Of a DNA stretch of 64,000 nucleotides, positions 40,659 to 52,849 are shown piece after piece. The translations under genes and the position numbers were made by a program. The notes under the pieces were generated by a model. That model searched no databases. It was not told the origin of the DNA and worked only from the letters and a program-made list of their open reading frames with translations. This stretch comes from Haplodiscus bocki (taxonomy: Eukaryota), in NCBI GenBank assembly GCA_965655095.1, contig OZ296654.1, positions 48,112,001-48,176,000 on the forward strand, given 5' to 3'. How positions within the stretch are numbered: position 1 is the stretch's first letter; the number at the start of each line of letters is the position of its first letter.

Positions 40659-41288
40659 CTGTAAAAAAATAATTCACAAATTATATTCAAATGTTATGCA
40701 TTGTAGAATTTTTTGAATGTCGTCTGTTTGAAAGAACACAGTTTTGATTTTCCATCACTCTTCCTTCTATGCAAGTAATAAAAAAAAACAAAAATTCTAT
40801 CCATAGTATCCATTTTTACACCTCCTTCAAATTCAGAGTTTATCCTTGTGATACTACATCATTCAAATTACTAGATCTGGTATTACATTTCATTTCTCAT
40901 TTTGTTTGTATGCTGATATCGGAATTCACCCATCAACAATTGAGACCTGAAATGAATTATCCGAACGCTCATATAGTCTCGCAGATCAACTGAAAGTCAG
41001 AATGTTTGTTTTTTTACCATTTTTTTTTCTAGAAACTCAACTACATCAAGGCGACAAAATTGTTTTAGAGACATCATGAGAAAAATAACTTTTCATTTTC
41101 ACTTTTTGACCACTTCATAAACTGCTTAAAGTTGGGCTTAGTTTTGGCGCAACTTTTGTTTCAATTTTTTCCAGAAATCGAACACCCAATTTTCGCATGA
41201 CCTGAACGTTCGTATAACAGTAAAGTCACTATATTTGGATACACTGATGTTTGCCTGATGTAATTGCATGATTAGATCCCTAGCTCAC

Positions 41289-41486
41289 TTCTCAGCGGAG
41301 GATAATTTGATATTGTCATTCACCCCTCCGAACACAAATATTTCATCATTAAAGGTAATCATCGCATGTCCAGATCGTTCGTCATTCATAGGTCTACACT
41401 TGCTCCATTGTCTTGTTGGCAAGTGTAGACATTCCACTGACGCTACTATTCTATCTTCTTCCGTGCGGCCTCCCGACACAAACAAT
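41289..41486 (-). CDS. Kelch-repeat protein, internal exon (LFVSGGRTEEDRIVASVECLHLPTRQWSKCRPMNDERSGHAMITFNDEIFVFGGVNDNIKLSSAEK)
   Basis: Two kelch GG motifs with W and M..R spacing; acceptor TCATTTAG (AG at 41488-41487), donor GTGAGC at 41288; the phase-2 end joins the next exon as K-Y-C-P. Confidence 0.9.
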
Positions 41487-41638
41487 CTAAATGACAACAA
41501 CAGTTGATTTAATAAGATTTACATTTGATTCATTGCATTTTGTGGAGTGGCCTTACGTGGAATAATTGATACTTTTGAATTGATTCAGCTGAATAAAAGC
41601 TGATTCCAGTTTTGCCAGAGAAAAGTTATGATAGACAT

Positions 41639-41836
41639 CCCAACGTTTGACTTTCTGCAAAACCTTGAAATTCCTGCCAGGAATCCGGGAAAAGCTTGGA
41701 TGGTATGCTGGCAGGAAACCTTGGATGGAGAAACTTGCTGGTAGGATTCTTGGATTTCAGAATTTCGTGGCAGAAATCCTGAATTTGCTGGATAATTTTC
41801 CATGATCTTAATGCATTCAGAAAGTCAAACGTTCGG
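41639..41836. mobile_element. ~200-bp MITE-like element with 19-bp terminal inverted repeats
   Basis: CCCAACGTTTGACTTTCTG (41639-41657) matches the reverse complement of CAGAAAGTCAAACGTTCGG (41818-41836) at 18/19. Internal short degenerate repeats (tgctggcaggaa-like). TSD unclear. Confidence 0.75.
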
Positions 41837-44199
41837 TTCGCATGTTAATAGCCTCAACAACTCTTTGTACACTACTGTTTTCTCGAATTAAACTACCTAC
41901 AAAAATTATCTGCTTGTCATCAAATGGATTTTAGTGCTTTTCAGCAACACACACAAAGAAATTTCGAAATGTTTACTCTCCAAGAGACTGTCGGTTACGG
42001 AAACTGGACATACAACAAGAACTAAAACAAAAAAAATAGAACATATCTTCTGCGAATGTCCTATTGCTGAATGATTTGATGGTTATTATATATATTGAAG
42101 CCATTGGATTGATCAAAGCCTAAAACGCGGAAATGCTGTAAATCTTGTAATTTTGTTATTGTAACCGTTTTGTTGTAAATTAGTTACAACTAGGACATCA
42201 GTACCGTAATGCCACCAGAGATTTTATATTTGGCATAAACTGTTCGATCATAGCTCTACTGACCAGTCAGCTTTCGACCAAAACAATGTTTCACAAAGAT
42301 GAAAAAAATACAAAGCAAATCGTATTATCAAATAGTTATGTTTTTTTAATACAATACTCAATTTCAGAATGTTAAAGATTTCTGAGAGCTTAACAAAAAT
42401 TGGTTTAGTTCAATCGAAGGAAGCATACCAAAAAAACTATTGTTTTGTGATATTTGCATTATAACAAACTCATTATAACCAGCGGTGCTAAGAAATTGTC
42501 AATATCTACCTGAGAATGTTGGAAATGTGTCAATTCTAGGAACCACAGCATCTCTACACCTTACGTTTGGAACAAAAGTTATACTATTCCTCAGTTAAAT
42601 TGAACAAAAAAATCTTTATAGTAGGATTATTACAACAAAAACGCATTATTTAAAACATGTGTAAAGCGATAAAGAATTTTGGCAACCAAAAATTTTGCTT
42701 CAGCCTCTGGTCCAAAATGTTTCTCCACTCTTAACAAAATAGATGCCAAAGTACTGATGTCTTACAATTTGGATTTCATACACTATCTGAAAAATTCTTA
42801 AAGTGCAAGCTATCCATGTCATGCTGTTTTAGTCTACTCGTATCACCCTTGTATCTTTCTGTGATTGTTTCGCAAATTGACGTGGTATATCTGGTAAAAT
42901 CTGCAAAGAGGAAATACTGAATTTATAAATTATCGATTTGACTTTCCTGAGAAGAGACTAGCTCCCTTCAGATACGCTTAGTCAGAAAATAGTTTGTTAC
43001 ACTAGATCCTTTTCGCAGTAACAAAACAAGCCACCACTCTTTTTTTCACTTCAACTGGTGATACCTTAAAATTTTTTTCTCGTCTTCCCTTCTTTTTTCC
43101 CAGATGCATTTTACTAATTTTTCTAATATTGCCATTTTACTGGCATTTTGTCAAATGAAGAATTTCATCAATTTTGGTCTCGTGTTTTAATTGCAAAGCT
43201 CTCTGATCTTACTCTTCAACTAACAGAAAAATCATTAAGCGATGATTTCATTCGTTCAAATCTTCCAGATCAATCACCATCATGGCGAGCGTTTTTTCGC
43301 CCTCCAAATCCATGTAATATTTAACGTATAGGGTTACAAGGTCATATTTTAGACTTAACTCTTTTCTTTAGTCCATCCTGGTTTTCTATTGCTTTTATTC
43401 AAACTTTCTGATGCACTGTCTATTTATTAACACAGTGTGGATTTTAATTCTTCACTACTTTGTTTTTTTCAGTTTGTATTATTGAAGAAGGTTTCGCCTG
43501 CAATTTTTTTTGCGTAATTAAACAATATGCTAAAGCAAAATATTGCATTTCTCAGCGTTTGCAATCATTGCTTTCTATTCTGCTTTTTCGCTATTTTCAC
43601 CTTACATTGTTCATAAATGCATATGGATCATGAGCAAAAAACTCAAACCATGACCTCAACATATGGAGCAAGAAAAGTCCAAAAATTCAAAAAAAACGAC
43701 CTTTGTCCTAATAGTATTGAAAGTTACTATCACACTCCCCTGTAACATCTCAATAAAGGGGTCGTTTTGGAAAAGCATCAGCAGAAAATACATTCTTGGA
43801 CTAGAAGTTTATCTCAATAAGAAAAAAGCCACCACTCTTTTTTTGCAATTCACTTTCAACACTTGAAAAAGCATTAACCAAAAACTGAGAGTACTAATGT
43901 TTAAAAATTCACTGGTTGCATACTGTGCCAGAAATTTATTCATTGAACTGTATCTGTAATTCTGTAGCTTGATATGCGTTCGAATTTATGGACGAAAATT
44001 GAAAGCATCAGGTTTTCCGACAAAGTTGAGAATTTGTGTTGTTTGGTGAAAATTTTTGGGACCGGAACGTATGAGTCGGGTTTTTGTTGCAAGTTTTTTC
44101 GGCAAAAATGGTAATCGACACGAATTTCCTCGAAATTCCTATGGAATGCTTTCCGTCGATAGAGAAATAAGCTTGGTGTGCTGAGTGTGTGATTTCCGA

Positions 44200-45551
44200 T
44201 CCAAATATATTACTGGGACCGACAATTCACTTACCTCCTCTGGAATGCTTCTTCGAGTCTCATCATTCATACTGAACTCATGGAGAGTGTTGCTACTTTC
44301 GGATACGTTTTCAAAAGGGGCAGTAATCCCCATATGTTCCCCACGTTCCGAAGTCGCTGTAACTCTGGTAGCGTGTCGCCCAGAGGACGCATTCATTGAC
44401 TGCCAGCTTGATTCTAGGGCTAATGATTTTATCAGTTGAGGTCAAAATTGCATTTGGATCCCATCCCCTACCGTGTCAACATTAATATCCATTTTACTGT
44501 CAATCTTTTCATTGGAACATCTTTTCAAAATTTGAACTTTCACCGAGCTCCCAATGGCTGACATATTACTACTATTATTCTCAAAACCCGTGAACTCCTG
44601 ATCAACAAGATCTTCGTTTACAGCAACACTTTGCTGCCTGTCACTCGCAGCGCTACCAAAAATAACTTATGGATCATGGTCATCTAACTGTCTAAGGAGC
44701 TCTCTTTTGACTGTCTTTTCCTTGGAGTTGAAACCATTTTTGTTTTAACAAATGACTTGTACTTGCAAGAACAATAGGCGAAACAACTAAAAAAAAATTG
44801 GAAATAAATGGCTGCCAAAACGCTTTTGAGACAATTTTTTGATGATTTCGCAGTTTGATCAGAAGTTTAGGCAACTAGTTTCCAATATTATTTTCGGAGT
44901 CCTGAAATCAGCTTCAGGCAAGTTCGGGCAAGGATTCCAGCTTTCGACCTTTTATTCCTCAGCCAATCAGAGTGTCCAGGTTGTTGACGTCACACTTGTA
45001 ACTAGACTCCATTTGAAACATCAAAAAGGTTAGGCCGCGCTTAACATAACATCATTGTGATATCGTCCTAAAAATAGCACATCGTTTGTAGATGAAAGTG
45101 AATGGCACCGGAAAATGATGAAAATTTATATTTGGTTGTAGCAAGCTAAGGTCAAGTTAGAAACGTCATAACCCGAAACATGATTTAATACATGATTTAA
45201 TCCATGAGAAAAGTTAGGTTCGAAAAATCTGGTGAATCCAGAAGCCTCAATGGGATGGTTAGAAAGCATCTCATATCGTCTAGCATGGTTACAGTATCAG
45301 AAGGAAATTACATGTCCTTAAGAACTGTATATTTCCAAACACGTACTAGAAAGTCGTTAGATGAGTAAATTATTGCAATATTTTGTGGCATAAATGAATA
45401 AATAGAATGTGTTCATGGGATTGATTATCATTCATTTTGGCGTGGTCATTAGCACCGTCTTGCAACCAATAAGCCTTTTCTGGAGAGTTAAAAAAATAAT
45501 CAGTGGTTGATTAGATAAAAAGATTTTTTTAGATGAAAAAACATGTAAAAC
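44200..45551 (-). mobile_element. 5' fragment (leader + gag N-terminus) of a Ty3/gypsy-type element related to the one at 45752-57709
   Basis: Colinear similarity (visually ~70%) to ~56365-57705; ATG at 44737 (MVST...) corresponds to 56871; SMNDETRRSIPE vs SMNDEAPRSIPD; similarity is lost below ~44200. Confidence 0.8.
44960..44970. promoter_or_regulatory. CCAAT box (CAGCCAATCAG) in the element leader, ~220 nt upstream of the gag ATG
   Basis: NF-Y-type consensus, identical in both diverged leaders (also 57089-57099). Confidence 0.45.
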
Positions 45552-45751
45552 NNNNNNNNNNNNNNNNNNNNNNNNNNNNNNNNNNNNNNNNNNNNNNNNN
45601 NNNNNNNNNNNNNNNNNNNNNNNNNNNNNNNNNNNNNNNNNNNNNNNNNNNNNNNNNNNNNNNNNNNNNNNNNNNNNNNNNNNNNNNNNNNNNNNNNNNN
45701 NNNNNNNNNNNNNNNNNNNNNNNNNNNNNNNNNNNNNNNNNNNNNNNNNNN
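45552..45751. other. Assembly gap (200 N)
   Basis: Exactly 200 N; the round number suggests a scaffolding placeholder of unknown true size. Confidence 0.99.
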
Positions 45752-45846
45752 GTATGGCCATAACCTTTACATTTTTTAACGAGAATACGTTAAATCATTG
45801 TGATTGATTAATCAATTGTTTCCGGTTTAGGACGTCCATTTCGAAA

Positions 45847-47175
45847 ATGAGAGCGTCCGGTGGTGTTTTTTCACATAGGTTCACTAGCCTTCGTCATTTA
45901 GATCCCAAATCCGAGGCACACAAATTACCCGATGAACGAGAAACTGAGAATTGCCAGAGAGTTTCGCAATTCGGTAATGTGGATATTGTTGTGGTGAGCG
46001 AGACAACAACTTCCCCACGAAAAATTTATGTTGGTTTTTCAGAGTTCACCAAATATAGCCAGAAACAAATCGTCAATGTTGGAGAAAAAGGATTGTGATT
46101 TGATTGTGGATGAAAGGCATTGTGTTGTGACAAGTAATGAGGAAGATGTATAGGATTTGGGTACATTTGTGAATGAGAAGTTGCAGTTTCTGATTGAGAG
46201 TGGTCTGGAGCAACTTGCTGAAGGTGAGAACTTGAATTTGGACGATATACTTTGTGGAAGTGTGGATGTTGAAGAAGGCGGTAATGGCGAAGTGAGATCT
46301 GTGTGCGCAGAGGTGACACGTGGAAGTAACATTGAGGCAACTGGAAATAGGATATCAGGTGGTGATGACATCAACCGAACTTTGCGGGAAAATTTGGGTA
46401 GTTCTAATGTCACTTCAACTCGAGTGCGCGCTGCGTGGCCTAATTACAGAAAAGGTGGAGTAATGATTTCGAAGAGGATGACGTGCTTTTTTGCAAATCT
46501 TTAGAGTTCGATGTGTTGAGTATATTTTGGAAAAGTTGGAGGCGGAGATTTGTCGAGGGGTTTTGTGACGGACGCGATTGAAAGAGTGCCAGAGAGTTTT
46601 ATTATAAGTGGTGCGTTTTCGACTCTGGAGAGTATTACACAACGGCAAGCTAATGAAAGAGTTCTGGGTCCTCGCAGAAGCGCAGAAGATGACATCTTGG
46701 TTGGCATTCCACCAGCAGGAGAGTTGTTGGGGAAAGAGAACGTGCACAACGAGAGAGCAAGGCATTATCCCAGTAAGTCTGCCAAATGTTTCATGAGGGA
46801 TTTTTTTGAACTGAATTCCCCATTCATCTAGATCCTAGTCATCCGACCACCAAATTTATTGTGGATCAAATGATCAAATTTGCTCATGCCGTAGGATTGG
46901 TGATGTCATTGGCGTGTTACGGCATTCTTGAGGATTTGTTGATGAAGGCAAGAGTGGGTAGTGGAAGCCAGCGTGTGACGTTGCGCTACCCTGCTTTGAG
47001 GTCGCCTTTCCCAAGTGTTGCGGGATCCAAAATGGGCGATAGTGTCGCTTCACGGTCGGCCTACTCATTGCCGTCTATAACTGAGACAGAAAGTAGTAAT
47101 TTTCTTGCTAACGAGAATGTGTTGCAACAGCCGTGTTCCAGTAGACAAGCTGATGTTTGTTTGGTTTTGGGGTAA
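45847..47175 (+). pseudogene. Decayed spliced gene 1 of unknown function, antisense to gag-pol
   Basis: Removing a 49-nt GTGAGC...TTTTTCAG intron (45994-46042) puts ORF 45847 in frame with ORF 46157, with one internal TAG. A second ~50-nt intron candidate is at ~46455-46504. It continues through ORFs 46550 and 46861. Confidence 0.55.
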
Positions 47176-47199
47176 GCTGGAAGTAAGAAGCCTGGGACT

Positions 47200-47889
47200 G
47201 ACAGTCTCAAAACTTTTCCAGCAAGTGAAGTTGAATGAGAAGAAGAAGAAGTCGCGTATGTGGAAGTGGTCAAGAGAAGGTCGGTTGAATCGGTTGTTTC
47301 CCAGTGGTGACGATAAAGGTGATTATGTGTTCACGGACCAAATATTGGAGCTTGCTCTTTTGCCAAAGTGTTTGCTGCGGGACGTGATGACCCTCTGGAG
47401 AAAAAAGAGTGCTTCTAATATATGTTGTGCAGTAGAAGCATTTCCATGAGGGCAGGAGCGTTTCATCAAAAAAACCCAATTATTAGCGAAATTATCCTTT
47501 TCGATCATATCAGAGGTTCAAGGAGAAGGTATTGTCCACAGAAAGTTCGTCGTTGGGGTAGAAGTGTACTAAATGGATTAAAACTGGAGGCTGAGCGTGA
47601 ATTCTACATGGAGTTGTACGTGCAGGATTGGGATTACAAAACGCCCTTGTATTGTGATGTTCTGGAAGGGAAACCATTTATGTTTACATCAGAAGAGTCT
47701 CGTGTCCGAGTCCAAATTTTTTCGTTCATAACGTTCTTGAAAAGTGGAGGACAGCTTTGGGCTCTGGAAAATTACAGGGCGCAGGTGGAAGTTGCAACCG
47801 GCCACTCAGCATCAATTGCTGATTTCGCTTGTGGTCCAGCTCACATCTCAGTTAGTGTTATTGGGTTTGATTTGTTATTTTTCAAGTAA
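47200..47889 (+). pseudogene. Decayed ORF 2 of unknown function, antisense to gag-pol (may continue gene 1)
   Basis: ORF 47422-47889 (155 aa, normal globular composition) and an upstream frameshifted piece. Confidence 0.4.
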
Positions 47890-48059
47890 TTTGTCATAGT
47901 AGGGTCAGCTTGTGGGTATTGAGACTAAATTTTGCTCGTTATGTTAAGGGGCCGTCATTTGGGGGAAAGAGAACGGTTTTTCTACCATTGTTTCACGATC
48001 CTGCTTGTTGCGGACCACTACGACTAATTGTCGGCATCTGAGTATCAGTTTTTTTGAAG

Positions 48060-49908
48060 GCAGATGATTGGTGACTATGTTGATTACTCATTGTGGTCGT
48101 GATGTTGCTGTTGTGAAAAGTACTGTTTTGCTGAGTTCACAATCGTCGAGTGCCGTTTCAATTAAAACCGACTGTTATTTTTTGTGGGGTGGAGTATATT
48201 AGGTTGCTGGACAAAATCCCAAGTCAGACGGCCGGGATACAATATCCATTTAATTTAGTGCCAGTTCAAGTGGAGAAACTCATGAATAAACTGAGTTTCG
48301 GTGTAAAGGGCAAAAGTGATATGTGTCCGTGGCTTGGTCTTTGCTAGTGCGGTTGTCAGGTTTATTGGAAGAAAAATGGACACAGTTGACACAGTAGTTC
48401 CTTAAATTGAGCTAGTTGTATAAACATGATGTGGTCAGGGCAACGGATTAGGTCCTTTGTTTTGTACAGTGAAGTTGTTGTTGTTTAGGCGTTGGAGGAA
48501 TCGAAATTGGATTTGTTCACCGGGATTTTAGTAGTGCAGGATATGTCAAGTCACTGACCATAGATTTTGTCCCTTATTAGCAGTAATTGGCAGCAACAAG
48601 AGTTTTATTTAGTCTTTAATGATGTGGTTTGAAAACGGGTGAGTTTTGCTTTCTTTGCTTTTGCTTGAATTGTTTTTATGTTAAGCTTTCGGTGCCCAAT
48701 TTATTAGAGTTGAGCTGTTTGAATACCTATTGGATTTGTTTTATCAAAGATTATTTTGAGGCTTTCAAACGATCCTCAACCGTTAAAAAGGGCCAATGTT
48801 TTTTCTTGTCCGGGAAATTCTTGGACTTTCTCCACCGTTTTTAGCGTCGGATTATTTCGAGAGACTGATTGCCGATGCTCTGTTGGGATTCAATTTTACA
48901 AACGTTCAGCTGCTAACAGTTTAGCAAATTGAGGAGAGGACGGACTTCCGGACGAAGGGAATGAGGGCTGCAAAAGGACAATTTGTTGTCGAGAGGGAGA
49001 AGAATGACACAGCGGCGACTGATGCCATTGCCAGCGCTGTTATGGGGAAATGTATAATCCACACGTTGGCAAAGGGAAGGCGTACATTGGATATGTATGC
49101 AAGGAGCTGCTCAAGCACCCAACAGTTAAGTCCGATTTAATGGTGGGTTTGGCTTCTTTTGACTATTGCGTTCTTTTCACCCTGCCAAAAAGTCAAGATG
49201 CACTTTCTTTCCCGACTGTTCCAAAGCTTCTTTGCTCGCGGCTGGTTGTCGAAGGAGTTTAACAATGTTCTTTTGGACAATTATCTTGAGTTTGTTGATG
49301 ATCTGCGGTTTATATAATTAGACAAGATGCATTTCGGCCCAAAAAATGAAGATACGGTCACATTTTTGTCATCAAATCCAGAATTGGCCAGACCAGAAAA
49401 TAACTCGTACGTTTTTTTTTGCATTTGTGGCACGTGGTTCAAGAGTTTCCAAAGGTGTCATTGGGTTCAACTGACAGAAGTTCCGTGGTTGTGCACTTGT
49501 CAGACATCATTGAGGCTCTACAAAGTTTTTATCGAGCAGCAGTTCAGAGTTGAATATTTTTATAAGTGCTGAGTCTGTTCTTCATGTGCCGACGTGTTGG
49601 CTGGTTTCGGAGATAAGGCGCTGCGACCGGGATACGAACTTCGGATGAGCGATGACTTTCATGATCGGGCTGAAATCCATGCTGATTTCACTAATGCCTA
49701 TATGAATGTTAGGCTTGCTGCAAATGTGGAAGCGGGTACTGAAGCTACTAAATCCCCTGAAACTCGAGAGAAGCTTCATCCACAGCGATGTCAGCCTGCA
49801 CAAAAGCCTCGTATTGATTGGGGCAAAACTTCTAAGGCTACTTCTGCCAAAGTTTTGGGTGCACAACTCCGTTCTCCTCGTTCAGGCCCCAGTGGTGGTT
49901 CCTTTTAA
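48060..49908 (+). pseudogene. Decayed spliced gene 3 of unknown function, antisense to gag-pol
   Basis: 47-nt GTGAGT...TTAAG intron candidate (48639-48685). After it one frame runs, with a few stops, FGAQFIRVELFEYLLDLFY...MRAAKGQFVVE, then by frameshifts through ORFs 49050, 49327 and 49594 to a stop at ~49906-49908. Confidence 0.55.
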
Positions 49909-50094
49909 TTTGTTTGTATGTATACTCCTGAATTTTGCAGTTTTGTTATTTTTTTGGGTTGATATTGTTGATGTTTAGTATTTTTATGCCACCGAACTCG
50001 AAACAAATGCAATGTGTGCAGAGACAAAAGTATTGTGAAAAGAAAAAAAGAACACAATATAGGTGCTAGAACAGATTCTTGCACGCCTCCTTAT

Positions 50095-51720
50095 CTCTAT
50101 AGTCTAAGTAGTTAGGGTTAGGATTAGGGTGCAAGTTATAATTACCACCTCCAGAGTGACTAAATTTGTCTTGCGGAGCGTCTTCTGTATTAGGATCATT
50201 TATTTTGGTCGATGGAGAGGGGAGACTTCGCGCTGATGATGGATTTCGTATAGACTCGTATGCAGGTTCGGTGCCTGTCTTGGATTCGGGTGATCGATTT
50301 GAGAAAATTGAACGGAGCATTTCTGGAATTGCCAAAAATTCCAACATTTGACCTCGCGTTTCAATATTGGGAGGATTTACTGTGCACGGTTCAGAAACGG
50401 GGCGTGTCTGCCGATTTTAACCGTTGCTTGTGTCATGAAAGTAGGAACGCAGTATAATCGAATAATCACAGTATCTGGTCACTGAGTGTGACTTTTAACA
50501 AAAATACGGGCGTTGGGATCAGTGTATATGATAGCAATATCAAACAAGTGTGCTCCAAAGTGTGTACAGATTATCTTGCGGTACTATAATGTTATCGTCA
50601 ATCTGCCTTTGGGCTTCCTAAAAATTGTCTTCAGTGGGATTTTTGTGATACTCTTTCTGGAGACGAATCATGTGTATGATTTAAGTAGTATTAGTAATAG
50701 TTTTTTGCGCAATGTAATTGCTGTTCGGTAGAATTTATTCTACTACAAAAAGTCCAATCCATATTAAGTCACAAGAAAAGTAGTTTTGACCCTTGATGGT
50801 ATGCTTTTGACTGAAGCTTAAAACAGTAGTAATTTTTTTCTCCAGCGAGGAAGATTTGGCTTTCTTGGGATAATAATTTTTCTACCTTTTGTAGGATTGA
50901 TTGACATTTTTCTTGGTTTTCTCTTACAAAGTTTTAGTTCTGCTAAGAAGTTGATCCGGAAAGTCTGTCGTGATCGCTATTGGGGTTGAATCGCCGTCCT
51001 AGTTTGTGATCTAGGTTTTTGTCCCGTGAATAGCTCGGCTTGGTTCACAATCAAAACTGGAATGGTAAGTTGCATTGTATATCTAGATTGCAATCGTTTA
51101 TTATTTGTGCCATTGTTTCCTATATTCGCCTTATGCCAACTTAAACGAGGTCTTAGATGTGGCATCGGCCCGTTCTAGGACTCCGATTGTTTGTGCACGT
51201 TTAGTTGATGCATGCTTTAAGTTGTTACCAAGTATTTCTGGTACTCCGTGTTCGGCTTGGGAGATAAAAACGCTTCCCTTGCCTGTGAAAATGAGTGTAG
51301 GCACGGCCGCTTGTCTTGTCATGATGTCTTCAATAACTTTGGTTGTGTCTGCTGCTGTGGGGTAAGACACTGGGTAAGCAAATGCGTACCTTCAAATTAC
51401 GTCTATACCTGTGATAATGTTATCATATCCTCCACTTGGCAGTAGTTCTGGTAATAGATCGATTTGCATGAGATCCTCGTAACCGAGATCCCTTTCTGGG
51501 CTGTGGATTAGTTTTGGTTTCATCCGTGAATTCTTTATGCGTTTGACTTGTATGCATACTGCACACTCTCGGACCCAGTTTTTGACATAAGTTGCAATTG
51601 AAGGGAATTAATTTTTTGTCGGAGTTCTTGCAAAATATTGGAAAGGCCTGGGTGTTTGCAGCTGATCCATGTAAGGATCCTAGTAACACTTCCAGTAATT
51701 CTCCGGGCCAGAGGACTTCC
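50095..51720 (-). pseudogene. pol: pol remnant: integrase (Zn-binding region, DDE core) and C-terminal tail
   Basis: MQIDLLPELLPSGGY (D at 51460-51458), IFTGKGSVF (TDxG decayed), QTIGVLER; tail with IDDNIIVPQDNLY and GNYNLHPNPNPNY. Confidence 0.9.
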
Positions 51721-52189
51721 AAATGACAAACTTCACCAAAGTCGGTCTAGTTTTGTCAGCACAATATTTCGTCCCTGATGATGATGCATTTTTGTTTCCG
51801 GAGTAATCCATGAAGCGAGCATCATTGATCAGAATTTGTTCATCGAAGGGTAGTCCCAACATTTCACGTTTGATGTTGAGTAAGTTGTGATCCGAATCTT
51901 GTTCGATAAGTTTGCGTGATGGTTTGGTTAACTACGCTATGTTAACAGTTGCTGTACCTTTGTGAAGGTCACTGGTGCTGTAAAACGACACTGTTATGAC
52001 CGGAAGTTCGGTTGGTATAGTGTGGCATGTTTTTTTAAGCTGCCAGAGTTGTCCTCAGTAGTTTCCTGTGAGTCTGTGGTATCGAGAGAGACCAGTTCCT
52101 CCTGCGCGATGCCTGTGGATTCAAATTTCATTTCAATTGGTTTAATAGGAATGTCTTTAGGATTTTTAGGATTCTTTTTGTCGTTAGGA

Positions 52190-52590
52190 TCAAGTTTCAG
52201 TCAGTATAGGAATTCAGCTGCAGTGTTCGTCTTTCCTGGTATATGTGCTATAGTGAAAACAATTGCAATACAAAATCACGGGCGTTCCATATTGGACGAG
52301 GAATCATTTTTTTCCCGAAAAATCGGGTGACTGATTTGCTGTCTGTCATGATATTCACAGGCTATGTTGTCCTCCTAAATATCTATCCCACTCCTTTGAA
52401 GGCTATTCAAAGGGGTGGGATTTTTTTGCTTGATAGGACATTTTGATTTGGGATGGACTAAATGTTTTAGATCCATTTGCTATAGGGGCATAGGTTTTGT
52501 GTGTTGACATATTTTTCTTATTTGGGTCGTCTTTGATTAGTACGGCGTATCCAGTTGCTTCAAACTATGCGTCTTTCATAAGGTCCAGTT
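52190..52590 (-). pseudogene. pol: pol remnant: RNase H
   Basis: LMKDA..FEATGYAVLI, YAPIANGSKTFSPSQIKMS, IMTDSKSVTRFF, IAHIPGKTNTAA. Confidence 0.88.
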
Positions 52591-52849
52591 GTTTAAAGGG
52601 TAGCGTTTGGCGCAGTGTCAGTTGGCAACATCGGTCCAAGGCTTCGTTGATTTCCTGAAGTCTTTCAATGTTTCTGGAGTGACCGGTATTTTGGCTTTAG
52701 CAATTGTCGCTTTGAGAATTTGGAATTACGGGGATGGTCGCTCTGCTAAGCTAGGTATATAGTTTCGATTATATGTCAAAAATACTTTATAGCGTTCACG
52801 TGCTTTTTTGGATGGTGGGAGTTTGATTTTTCTAGGATTTTAGCAATTT

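Noticed and set aside
42829-42900. Possible minus-strand exon after TTTCCTCTTTGCAG (ILPDIPRQ...)
   Set aside because: No frame yields kelch-compatible sequence joining the 41486 exon.
44200-45551. Treating 44.2-45.5 kb and 56.4-57.7 kb as the two LTRs of one element
   Set aside because: The similarity includes ~500 bp of gag coding sequence, is only ~70% by eye, and spans an assembly gap.
45432-45763. ORFs containing X runs
   Set aside because: Artefacts of the 200-N gap.
50111-50130. TTAGGG-like repeats
   Set aside because: They encode PNPNPN at the pol C-terminus on the minus strand; not an interstitial telomere.
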